Positions 8,557 to 17,299 of a stretch of DNA of 64,000 bases are shown piece by piece. Each line of letters starts with the position of its first letter. Position 1 is the stretch's first letter. The notes under the pieces were generated by a model. It saw only the letters and a list, made by a program, of their open reading frames with translations, had not been told where the DNA came from and searched no databases. This stretch comes from an uncultured delta proteobacterium (lineage in GTDB: Bacteria; Myxococcota; Kuafuiibacteriia; Kuafuiibacteriales; Kuafuiibacteriaceae). Location of the stretch: the NCBI GenBank assembly GCA_963803435.1, contig CAWDML010000008.1, positions 128,001-192,000 of the forward strand. Reading direction: 5' to 3'. The position numbers were made by a program, and so were the translations under genes.

Positions 8557-10911
8557 GTGACGCCGTGGCCGCTGCTGGTGTCGCTGTGGGCCGCGGGCAC
8601 GAGCAGCACCTCCACCGTTGCACCGGTGCTTCGGCCTCCCTTGGGCCTGCCCGCCGTTCCCTTCACCGTCGAGGCGGATCGCCTGTATTCGGACGACGGC
8701 GTGTATGTCGCCGAGGGGAACGCGATCCTCCGGCGGGCCGGGGCGGTCATGTTCGCGGATCGGATCCGGTTCGACGAGGCCAGCGGCACGGCCATCGCCG
8801 AGGGCGGCGTCACCGCTATCGAGGACGGCGCGGTGCTCAGCTGCGACCGCGTGGTGATGAAGGTGCCCGAGCTGATCGGCGGGCTCGATCAGGCCGAGCT
8901 GCGGATCAAGAGCGAGATCCCCGAACCGCTGCTGTCGCGACTCTCGACGGCCCAGCTCCGCCGCGCCGGCAAGGACGAGATGATCGTGACCGCCGACCAC
9001 ATGGAGCGTACGTCGCCTCGAACGCTGGAGGTCCGCGGCGGGAGCTTCACGGTCTGCGACTGCGGCGAAGGCTCTACCCCGAGCTGGCGCATCGCGGCCC
9101 AGAGCGCGGACGTCGATCTCGACTCCGGCGCCTGGATGTACTGGCCGGTGTTCTACGCCAAGGGCGTTCCGATCTTCGTGTTGCCGGTCTTCTACTTTCC
9201 CCTCGGCGAGCGGCGCTCTGGGCTGTTGACCCCGCGCCCCTCGTTCAGCCCGGTGGCCGGCTTCTCCGTGAGGCAGCCGCTGTACCTCGTCCTCGGCGAG
9301 CACGCTGACCTCACGCTCGACGCAAGCTACCTCTCGGAGCGCGGCCCGGGCGCCGGCCTCGAGCTGCGCTGGGCACCGACGGTGGACTCGGCCGGCGAGC
9401 TCCACACCGCGTTGATCCTCGACTTCGGCGTCTCGAACGGCACCAACTTCGACAAGGACTTCCACATGAGCCCGATCCCGCGGTACTCGATCGCGCTCAA
9501 GCATCACACGCAGATCGACACCCACGCGGAGCTCGCCGTCGACCTCAACATGCTCGGCGATCCGGGCTACCTCGAGTTCGCGAACGAGTACCTGGCGCGA
9601 CAGACCGAGGGCACGCGCTCTCGGCTCACCATCGCATCGTTCATCCAGTCCAACCTGCGGGTCGCGGGCGGCTTTCAGCTCTTCCAGGATCTCCGCTCGC
9701 TCGCGTACCCCGGGCAGGAGCTCCGCCGCGTGCAGCTCTTCTCCGGGACCCTCACCGACACAACGCCCCTGCTCGGGCCCGGAGCGGTGCGCTACCGGTT
9801 CGCCGAGCTCCGTCTCGACGCGCCGCCCTATCCCTTGGTCGAGGGCGTCCCGCTGCTGGCCGAGGCGATCGCCCGCGTGCACGCCTTCAGCGCCCCGCGT
9901 CCGGAGGTCGCGCGCTTTCTCCGTGCCGACCTTCGCCCGGCGCTGTCGCTCCCGATCTCGCTGCTCGGAATCGCGATCCTCGAGCCGTCGATCGCCGCGC
10001 GAATCACCGCCTGGACAGGACGCTTCGAGAGCCAGGGGCTCGATGCCAACCGCTTCGCCTTCATCGCCAAGGCCTCGCTCTTCTCCACGCTCCAGCGCGA
10101 CTACGGATCCGTGATCCACCGCGTTCGGCCCGAGGTCACCTACCTCCTGATCCCCAAGGTCTGGGGGACGGTCGCGGATCCGCTGGTGGCGAACGACGAG
10201 GTCGACCAGCTCGCCTCGGTCATGCAGGTGCGCGCCCGACTCCTCAACGACTTCATCCTTCCCACGGGCGCGCGCATCGGCGGGTTCGATCTGTGGTGGG
10301 GCCGCGACCTGGCGATCCCGTGGGAGGACGGGGACGGCCGCGGGAACTCCGAGGTCGTGGCGAAGGCCGACGCGCCGTTGACCCCGAGCGCCTGGCCGGT
10401 TCACCTCGGCGCGACCGCGCGCCTCGCGATTGACCCGAACGACGCCTCCGTCGACGAGCTCGCCGCCGGCCTCACGATGACGTCGCAGTACCTCGCGCTG
10501 GGTGCCTCCTACGAGCAGTACGGCGACGAGGTCCCTACCTATGCGTTCGTGGCACCCGAGGAGCTGGTCCCGGCCGGAACGATTGACACCGGTGTCTACC
10601 TCCCGCTCGACGACTGGGCCGCGCTCCCCGCAGAGGAGCGCTTCCTCTCCAAGCCGTGGCAGGACGCGCACGCGCTCAACGCGTCGATCCGCATCACCCC
10701 GATCGCCGCCCTCAGCCTCGGCTTCGACATCGGCCTGACCTTCGCCGACGATGCCTCCTCCCCGGTCCGGGACACGCGGAGCAGTGTCCGCTGGGTGTCG
10801 CCTTGCCAGTGCTGGAGCGCCGACCTGATCGTGACCACCGGCCGCGATCGACGGGGCCCGCCCGGGATCCAGTTCGCGCTCGACCTCTCCCGCCTGGGCG
10901 GCGGCTTTTGA
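8557..10911 (+). CDS. lptD: LPS-assembly outer-membrane protein LptD
   Basis: N-terminal OstA-like VEADRL/AEGNA, FTVCDC...PSWRI, GVPIFVLP...ERRSGLLTP, and C-terminal SPCQCW. Confidence 0.85.
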   Translation: MTPWPLLVSLWAAGTSSTSTVAPVLRPPLGLPAVPFTVEADRLYSDDGVYVAEGNAILRRAGAVMFADRIRFDEASGTAIAEGGVTAIEDGAVLSCDRVVMKVPELIGGLDQAELRIKSEIPEPLLSRLSTAQLRRAGKDEMIVTADHMERTSPRTLEVRGGSFTVCDCGEGSTPSWRIAAQSADVDLDSGAWMYWPVFYAKGVPIFVLPVFYFPLGERRSGLLTPRPSFSPVAGFSVRQPLYLVLGEHADLTLDASYLSERGPGAGLELRWAPTVDSAGELHTALILDFGVSNGTNFDKDFHMSPIPRYSIALKHHTQIDTHAELAVDLNMLGDPGYLEFANEYLARQTEGTRSRLTIASFIQSNLRVAGGFQLFQDLRSLAYPGQELRRVQLFSGTLTDTTPLLGPGAVRYRFAELRLDAPPYPLVEGVPLLAEAIARVHAFSAPRPEVARFLRADLRPALSLPISLLGIAILEPSIAARITAWTGRFESQGLDANRFAFIAKASLFSTLQRDYGSVIHRVRPEVTYLLIPKVWGTVADPLVANDEVDQLASVMQVRARLLNDFILPTGARIGGFDLWWGRDLAIPWEDGDGRGNSEVVAKADAPLTPSAWPVHLGATARLAIDPNDASVDELAAGLTMTSQYLALGASYEQYGDEVPTYAFVAPEELVPAGTIDTGVYLPLDDWAALPAEERFLSKPWQDAHALNASIRITPIAALSLGFDIGLTFADDASSPVRDTRSSVRWVSPCQCWSADLIVTTGRDRRGPPGIQFALDLSRLGGGF

Positions 10912-12960
10912 TCAGTCCATCAGGGCCCGCAGCTTGTCCCGCAGCACGTGAAGCTCGTAGGGCTTCTCGAGAAAATCGACGAGGATGTCCGCCAGCAGGA
11001 GGCCCAGCTCGGTCGGTCTCGAGTATCCGCTCAAGAACATGACCGGCATGTCGGGATCGATCCGTCGGATCTCCCGAAAGGCCTCGGCGCCGGAGAGCTC
11101 CGGCATGCTGAGATCGAGGAGCACGGCTCGGTACGCACGCGGATCCTGTTGGAAGAGCTCCACCGCTTCTCGGCCGTTCTGCGCCGTCACCGTGTCGAAG
11201 CCCATTCGGTTCAGCATGATCACGGCCACGCGAAGAGAGACGGGTTCGTCGTCGGCGACGAGGAGCCGGCCGCTCCCCTCCCAGGGGAGCGCCTCGACGG
11301 GGCGCGCCAGTGTCTCCACCTCTTGCATCGAAGGTGGCAGCACGAGGGTGATGGTCGATCCTCTCCCGGGCGCGCTCTCGATCCTCACCGCGCCCCGGTG
11401 GGCGTGGACGATCCCCAGCGCGGCCGCGAGCCCGAGCCCTCGCCCCGTCCCTTTGGTGGTGAAGAACGGATCGAAGATCCGCTCCTGCGTCTCGTCATCC
11501 ATTCCGCACCCGGAGTCCTCGACCTCGAGACGGACGTAGGTGCCTTCTTCGAGCTCCGATCCCAAGCAGGTCGCGTTGAGGTCGTCGCGGTCCGCCCAGC
11601 CGACCGCGGTGCGGAGCGTGATGATCCCGCTCGTGCCTCCGAGCGCGTCGGAAGCGTTGGTCAACAGGTTCATCACGACCTGACCGATCTGAGTCGAGTC
11701 GATCTCGACGGGCGGAAGATCCGGAGCCAGCTCGAGCACGAGCTCCGCCTTCTTGCTGATGGCAACGCGGAGCAGATCCACGGTCTCCCGGATCAGATCG
11801 TTGAGATGGGTTGGGCGGACCCTGAAGCTGCCGCGTCCGGCGTACGCGAGCAGCTGATGAGTGAGCTCGGAGGCTCGCTTGGCCGCGGACTTGACGGCCT
11901 CCAGGTGCGCGAGCCCGGGAAACTCGGGGCCGGCGTCCAGAAGAGCCAGATTGACGTTCCCGAGGACCGCGACCAAGAGGTTGTTGAAGTCGTGCGCGAT
12001 CCCGCCCGCCAGGACTCCCAGGCTCTCCAGCTTCTGGATGTGCTGCATCTGCTGCTCGAGCCTTCGCCGCTCCTCTTGTTGCCGCTCTCGCTCCATCACG
12101 TCGCGAAAGCCGGTGACTCGCGCCTCCGCGCCCCGATAGATGGCGTTGCGCCCCAGGACCTCGCACCGAAACGTGGTGCCGTCCTTTCGGACGGCGTCGA
12201 TGACGTACGGGGTCTCGTCGCCGCGGAGCTGGTGTTCGCGGACCATCGATGCACCCTCGGGCGTGCTCAGGCGTACCGCGGTCATTCCGATGAGCTCCTC
12301 GTGGGTGTATCCGCTCATCTGTTCGAAGGCGCGGTTGTGCTCGACGATCCGTCCATCGACGGAGATCGCGATCCCCTCGAACGACGCGTCCACGAGCACG
12401 CGGAAGCGGGCCTCGCTCTCCCGAAGCTGATCTTCGGAGATGCGCAGCTGCAGCGCGCCGGCAACCAGATGCCCGGTGACACGCAAGAGATCGATCTGAG
12501 GATCGCTCCACGGCCGCACCTTCCGGAGACGAAAGAAGGCGAGGAAGCCGAAGCGCTGGTGACCGCTCTCCACCGCGACGATCGCGATGGACTTGGCGCC
12601 GGCCGCCGTGGCTCCCTCCCGCTCCGCGCCAGCATCCGACGGGAGGGTCGAGGTATCGTCGATACGCACCACGTCTCGGCGATCGAAGATGGCTCCGTAG
12701 TGCTGGAACGCGTTGGTCGAGACCGGGGTGTGGTTCGGCCCATGTGATTCGATCCCCGGTCCACACCACTCGTGGGTGAGGCTGACGTGCTCGCAGTCCC
12801 CGGGCAGGAACGTGTACACGGCGATCCGGTCCACGTCGGCAGCGGTGGCGATGCGGTCCAGCGCCGCTCGCAGCGCGGCTTCCAGGCCCCCCGGTCCAGG
12901 CTCCATGAAGCTCATCGAGATCTCTGCGATCATCGAGAGCAGGTCCCCGCGGTCGGCCAC
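10912..12960 (-). CDS. GAF-PAS hybrid histidine kinase/response regulator
   Basis: GTG start after AGGAGG. GAF and PAS domains, GGIAHDFNNLL H-box, NLLTNA, DSGCGM, PFFTTK, GRGLGL, and receiver LLDLSMP. Confidence 0.92.
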   Translation of the reverse strand: MADRGDLLSMIAEISMSFMEPGPGGLEAALRAALDRIATAADVDRIAVYTFLPGDCEHVSLTHEWCGPGIESHGPNHTPVSTNAFQHYGAIFDRRDVVRIDDTSTLPSDAGAEREGATAAGAKSIAIVAVESGHQRFGFLAFFRLRKVRPWSDPQIDLLRVTGHLVAGALQLRISEDQLRESEARFRVLVDASFEGIAISVDGRIVEHNRAFEQMSGYTHEELIGMTAVRLSTPEGASMVREHQLRGDETPYVIDAVRKDGTTFRCEVLGRNAIYRGAEARVTGFRDVMERERQQEERRRLEQQMQHIQKLESLGVLAGGIAHDFNNLLVAVLGNVNLALLDAGPEFPGLAHLEAVKSAAKRASELTHQLLAYAGRGSFRVRPTHLNDLIRETVDLLRVAISKKAELVLELAPDLPPVEIDSTQIGQVVMNLLTNASDALGGTSGIITLRTAVGWADRDDLNATCLGSELEEGTYVRLEVEDSGCGMDDETQERIFDPFFTTKGTGRGLGLAAALGIVHAHRGAVRIESAPGRGSTITLVLPPSMQEVETLARPVEALPWEGSGRLLVADDEPVSLRVAVIMLNRMGFDTVTAQNGREAVELFQQDPRAYRAVLLDLSMPELSGAEAFREIRRIDPDMPVMFLSGYSRPTELGLLLADILVDFLEKPYELHVLRDKLRALMD

Positions 12961-13059
12961 CTCGTACCTCCTAGCATGCGCCCACGTGGCCAGGAAGGGA
13001 GGGCCAAGCCAGCCACGCGCAAGTTGACTTGCGTTCAGATCGAGGTGAAGGAAGAGAAG

Positions 13060-13476
13060 ATGAGCTCCAGTGTCGGCGGGATTGAACAACCGCGGGCGGA
13101 TCTGAACCCGAAATGGATGCGCTGGACCGGCCGCGTAATGTCGGCGCTGCCCATGCTGATGATGACCGTCTCCGGCGCGATGAAGCTGGTCGGCGGGTCG
13201 GAGATTCTCGAGGCGTTCACCGGGAAGTTCGGCTATCCGGCGGGCACGCTGCTACCGATCGGGATCGTCGAGATCCTCTGCGTGATCGTGTACGCGATCC
13301 CGCGGACGGCGGTGCTCGGCGCGATCCTGATGACGGGCTATCTGGGCGGGGCGGTCGCGACGCACGTCCGCATCTCCGACGTGTTCATCCCGCCGCTCGC
13401 CCTCGGTATCTTCGTGTGGGGCGGCTTGTACCTCCGAGACACGCGGTTCCGCTCGCTCCTCCCGCTCGTGCGCTGA
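13060..13476 (+). CDS. DoxX-family membrane protein
   Basis: SGAMKL, IPRTAVLGAILMTGYLGGAVATHVR and WGGLYLRD motifs. Confidence 0.9.
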   Translation: MSSSVGGIEQPRADLNPKWMRWTGRVMSALPMLMMTVSGAMKLVGGSEILEAFTGKFGYPAGTLLPIGIVEILCVIVYAIPRTAVLGAILMTGYLGGAVATHVRISDVFIPPLALGIFVWGGLYLRDTRFRSLLPLVR

Positions 13477-13582
13477 GCCCGCAGGGCCGCCCATAGCCTC
13501 GCTAACGACGGGCGCACGGTACAAGCGCCTCGATGTGATCGCTTTGAGCCAGCTCGAACGCGGTTCGGCCTATCGTTCCTGC

Positions 13583-13598
13583 TGGCACTTCTTCTGCT
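13583..13598 (+). promoter_or_regulatory. Sigma54 (-24/-12) promoter candidate
   Basis: TGGCACTTCTTCTGCT: GG at 13584-85 and GC at 13596-97 with an exact 10-nt spacer, about 40 nt before the Hsp20 start. Confidence 0.65.
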
Positions 13599-13639
13599 GA
13601 GCGGACGGCGCACTAGCCTGGACGGCAGAAGGAGGCCCC

Positions 13640-14140
13640 GTGCACCCGAGCACGATTGATCTCATGCGCAATCAAGCGAGAGCGATCTACCACGCTCTCA
13701 CTGGAACGGACCTTCCGGAAGAAGTGGCGGAGACCGCGGAGTCGGCGGTTCCGGTGGACGAGGTGGCGCGCCGCTTCGTCGATCTCGAGGCGATGGCGCG
13801 CAGGATCCCGAACGTCACCGAACGCACCTCGGTCTTCACTTTCGCGCCGCTGCTCGATGTCTGCGAGCGGGGGCAAGACCTGGTGGTCGAGGTCGCCGTT
13901 CCCGGGGTCGATCGGGACGATGTCACCATCGAGGCCACCGGCGAAACGCTAGTGGTCTCGGGGATCTCGCGCCGGAGAGAGGGGAACGGGAGCTCGTATC
14001 TGCACGCCGAGCTCCCCGCCGGTCCCTTCTTCCGCGTCGTGAAGCTCCCGTACCGCGTCGACCCGGACGCGAGCATGGAGCTCGATCGGGGGTTGGTCAC
14101 CATTCGGCTGCGCCGGTCGGCGCAGGCTCAGACGGATTGA
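13640..14140 (+). CDS. Hsp20/alpha-crystallin small heat-shock protein
   Basis: AGGAGG RBS. FAPLLDVCE, VEVAVPGVDRDDV, GPFFRVVKLP and LDRGLVTIRL. Confidence 0.85.
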   Translation: MHPSTIDLMRNQARAIYHALTGTDLPEEVAETAESAVPVDEVARRFVDLEAMARRIPNVTERTSVFTFAPLLDVCERGQDLVVEVAVPGVDRDDVTIEATGETLVVSGISRRREGNGSSYLHAELPAGPFFRVVKLPYRVDPDASMELDRGLVTIRLRRSAQAQTD

Positions 14141-14152
14141 AGGAGAAGTCAG

Positions 14153-15481
14153 ATGGAGCAGCAATTGGAAAACATGCAGCGCTTGAATCAGGCCATCATG
14201 GCGGCGATGCAAGCGATCAATCGATCGCAGCAGGGCGGCAGCGGAAATCGCTCTCTTGGCTGGCAGGGACAGGGAGGCGATCTCCAGTCCGGCCAGCAGG
14301 AGCAGCTGATGCACAAGCTCGAGGAGCGGGTGCGGGAGGCGGTGCGAGAGCGGGTGGCCGAGGAGGTTCGCGAGCGCCTCGTGGAGGTCGCGCGCGAGCG
14401 CGTCCAGGAGACGCTCCGGGAGCGTTTGGCGGTCGAGCTGCGCACCGCGTTCCTGGAAGCCCAGGGCGGGCCCACCGGATTCGATCTGGATCGAGTGGGC
14501 ACGGTGTTGCGCGAGCGGCTAGGCGAGGTGGCGGAGCGGCGCGTGACCGAGGCGCTTCGGGATCGTGTCGGTGAGGCGATCCGGGAGCGCATCGGTGAGG
14601 CGATCCGGAGCAAGCTCTCGGAACAGCTCGGCTCCGAGGGTGCGGAGATGGTGGCGAGCGAGCTCAAGGAGCGCGTCGCGGAGGCCGTGCGGGATCGGAT
14701 CGAGCAAGCGGTGCGAGAGCGGCTGCGCGACGCGATTCGCGATCGGATCCATCAAGCGCTCCGCGAGCGGCTGCCCGAGGCGCTCCAGATCGCGCTCTCA
14801 CAGGCGCAGGCAGGGTTCGGACCGCCGGATCCGGATCGGGTGATCAGGACGATCGCCGAGCGCTTGCACGAGCCGGTGAAGGAGCGGGTCATCGAGGCCG
14901 TCAAGGAGCGGATCCCGGACGCGCTTCGCGAGCGCCTCGAGCAAGCGGTCCGAGAGCGAGCGGGGGAGGTCATCCGCATGGCGGTCTGGCAGCGGATGTC
15001 GGGGAGGCGATTCGGAGGCGCCGATCCCGACATGATCAGCAGCCAGCTCCGCGAGCGGGTGGCATCCAACATTCGCGAGCGAGTCGCGCCCGCCATTCGA
15101 GAGCGCGTGGAGGGCGTCGTCCGCGACAAGCTCGAGGAGGCGCTCCGCGAGCGGCTCTCGACCGCGCTGCGCGCCGCGATCGTCGAGCAGATGATCTCGG
15201 GCGGAACGATGGATCCGGATCGCATCACCGAGGCGGTCCACATGCGCGTGCGTGCGGCTCTTCGCGAGCGGTTGATCGAGGGTCTGCGCGACCGCATCGA
15301 TGACGCGATCCGCGACCGCCTCAAGGACGCGATCCACACCGCGGTGCGCGAAGGCATCCAGGCTCGAGGCGGCTCGGGAATGATGTCGGGCTGGGGCGAA
15401 GGTTACGGGACCGGCATGCTCGGCGGCGGAGGCACCAACTTCGACATCGGTTCGTTCCTCAACCTGCAGCAGATGCACTGA
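14153..15481 (+). CDS. Hypothetical all-helical repeat protein (R-E/D-R-h-x-E-A-h octads)
   Basis: AGGAG RBS, 12 nt after the Hsp20 stop. About 30 octad repeats in blocks separated by Gly-rich/DPD linkers. Gln-rich N-terminus and Gly/Met-rich C-terminus. Confidence 0.8.
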   Translation: MEQQLENMQRLNQAIMAAMQAINRSQQGGSGNRSLGWQGQGGDLQSGQQEQLMHKLEERVREAVRERVAEEVRERLVEVARERVQETLRERLAVELRTAFLEAQGGPTGFDLDRVGTVLRERLGEVAERRVTEALRDRVGEAIRERIGEAIRSKLSEQLGSEGAEMVASELKERVAEAVRDRIEQAVRERLRDAIRDRIHQALRERLPEALQIALSQAQAGFGPPDPDRVIRTIAERLHEPVKERVIEAVKERIPDALRERLEQAVRERAGEVIRMAVWQRMSGRRFGGADPDMISSQLRERVASNIRERVAPAIRERVEGVVRDKLEEALRERLSTALRAAIVEQMISGGTMDPDRITEAVHMRVRAALRERLIEGLRDRIDDAIRDRLKDAIHTAVREGIQARGGSGMMSGWGEGYGTGMLGGGGTNFDIGSFLNLQQMH

Positions 15482-15546
15482 TCTCGGCTTGCCAGGTCCC
15501 GGGCGCCGATCCGATCGTGACACTTCTTCCGCCTCGGCGGAGGGCT

Positions 15547-17271
15547 ATGATCACCAACGCGGAGATCGTCCGGACACTGCGCGAGATGGCGCTCTTCCTC
15601 GAGATGGACGAGGTGCCCTTCAAGCCGCGCGCGTACGAGGTCGTCGCGGAGCAGGTGGCGGCGCTCGAGCACTCGCTGGCGGCCGATTACCGGCAGCGCG
15701 GTCTCGCCGCGATCGAGGAGATCCCGAGCGTCGGCAAGGGCATCGCACGGCGGATCGCCGAGCTGATCGACACCGGCAAGATGGAGGATCTGGAGGCCTT
15801 CAAGCGCGAGCGGCCCATCGACATCTTCGCCCTCACCGCCGTCGAGGGCGTGGGCCCCAAGTCGGTGAAGCTCTTGTACGACGGGCTGGGCGTCACCGAT
15901 CTCGCCTCCCTGGCGGAGGCGGCCCGCTCGGAGATGATCCGCACCATCCCGCGCTTTGGCGCCAAGAGCGAGGCGAAGATCCTCCGCCAGATCGAACAGC
16001 TCGCCCAGTCCGAAGGCCGCCTGCCCATCGGCGAAGTCCTCCCGGTGACGCGCGCGATCCAGGCGATCCTGGGCGCCGTTCCCGGCGTGGAGCGCGTCGC
16101 GTTCGCCGGCTCGCAGCGGCGCTTCAAGGAGACGATCGGCGACATCGATCTTCTGGTCGCGTCCCGTGATCCGGGTCCGGTGATGGAGCGCTTCGCCGGG
16201 ATGGACACGGTCGCCCAGGTCTACGGGCAGGGCGAGACCAAGACCATGGTCCGCCTGAAGATGGGGCTCGACGCCGACCTGCGGGTCGTCGATCCGGACG
16301 CCTTCGGCGCCGCGTTGCTCTACTTCACCGGCAACACGGCGCACAACATCCGCCTCCGCATCATCGCGCAGCGGAAGGGGCTCAAGCTCAACGAGTACGG
16401 CGTCTTCCACGAAGACCAGTGCCTGGCCTCGAAGACCGAAGAGGAGGTCTACGCCGCGCTCGATCTCCCGTGGTTCCCGCCCGAGCTCCGCGAGGACGAG
16501 GGCGAGCTGGAGGCCGCCGAGCTCGGCGCGCTCCCGCCGCTGATCGAGCCCGGCGACATCCGCGGCGATCTCCAGGTCCAGACCACCTGGACCGACGGAC
16601 GCGCCTCCCTGGAGGACATGGTGATGGCCGCGCGCGACCGCGGTCTCGACTACCTGGTCATCACCGACCACACCCGCGACCTCAACGGCCTCGACGAGCA
16701 GAGGCTGCTCGAGCAGGTCCGAGCCATCCGCGACCTCGACGCCCGCGTCGACGGCATCCGCGTCCTCGCCGGCGCCGAGGTCAACATCCGCCGCGACGGC
16801 ACCCTCGACATCGACGACGCCATGCTGGCCCAGCTCGACGTCGTCGGCGCGGCCGTCCACTCCTCGTTCGAGCTCGAGCACGGTCAGCAGACGCGCCGGC
16901 TCATCCGCGCCATCGAGAACCCGAACGTCGACGTCTTCTTCCACCCCACCGCCCGCCAGCTCGGGAAGCGCCAGGGCATGACCTTCGACCTCGACGCCGT
17001 CATCGACGCCGCCGTTCGCACCGGCACCATCCTCGAGCTCGACTCACTCCCTCGCCGTCTCGATCTCTCCGCGCGCAACGTGCGCAAGGCGATCAAGGCC
17101 GGTGCTCTCATCTCCATCGACTCCGACGCCCACCGTCCCACCGACTTCGACTGCATCCGCGACTACGGCATTCCGACGGCCCGTCGCGGGTGGGTGACGA
17201 AGGACTCGGTGGTGAACGCGCGCACGGTGGAGGCGATGCTGGCGTCGTTGAAGGGGCGCCGACAGACCTGA
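15547..17271 (+). CDS. polX: DNA polymerase X / PHP-domain protein
   Basis: FKPRAY, IPSVGKGIA, GVGPK, AGSQRRFKETIGDID, YFTGN, LNEYG and PPELRE. PHP domain carries ITDH, HPT and DSDAH. Confidence 0.93.
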   Translation: MITNAEIVRTLREMALFLEMDEVPFKPRAYEVVAEQVAALEHSLAADYRQRGLAAIEEIPSVGKGIARRIAELIDTGKMEDLEAFKRERPIDIFALTAVEGVGPKSVKLLYDGLGVTDLASLAEAARSEMIRTIPRFGAKSEAKILRQIEQLAQSEGRLPIGEVLPVTRAIQAILGAVPGVERVAFAGSQRRFKETIGDIDLLVASRDPGPVMERFAGMDTVAQVYGQGETKTMVRLKMGLDADLRVVDPDAFGAALLYFTGNTAHNIRLRIIAQRKGLKLNEYGVFHEDQCLASKTEEEVYAALDLPWFPPELREDEGELEAAELGALPPLIEPGDIRGDLQVQTTWTDGRASLEDMVMAARDRGLDYLVITDHTRDLNGLDEQRLLEQVRAIRDLDARVDGIRVLAGAEVNIRRDGTLDIDDAMLAQLDVVGAAVHSSFELEHGQQTRRLIRAIENPNVDVFFHPTARQLGKRQGMTFDLDAVIDAAVRTGTILELDSLPRRLDLSARNVRKAIKAGALISIDSDAHRPTDFDCIRDYGIPTARRGWVTKDSVVNARTVEAMLASLKGRRQT

Positions 17272-17299
17272 GCGGAGCGGGTTGCGGAGCGAGCGCCGG

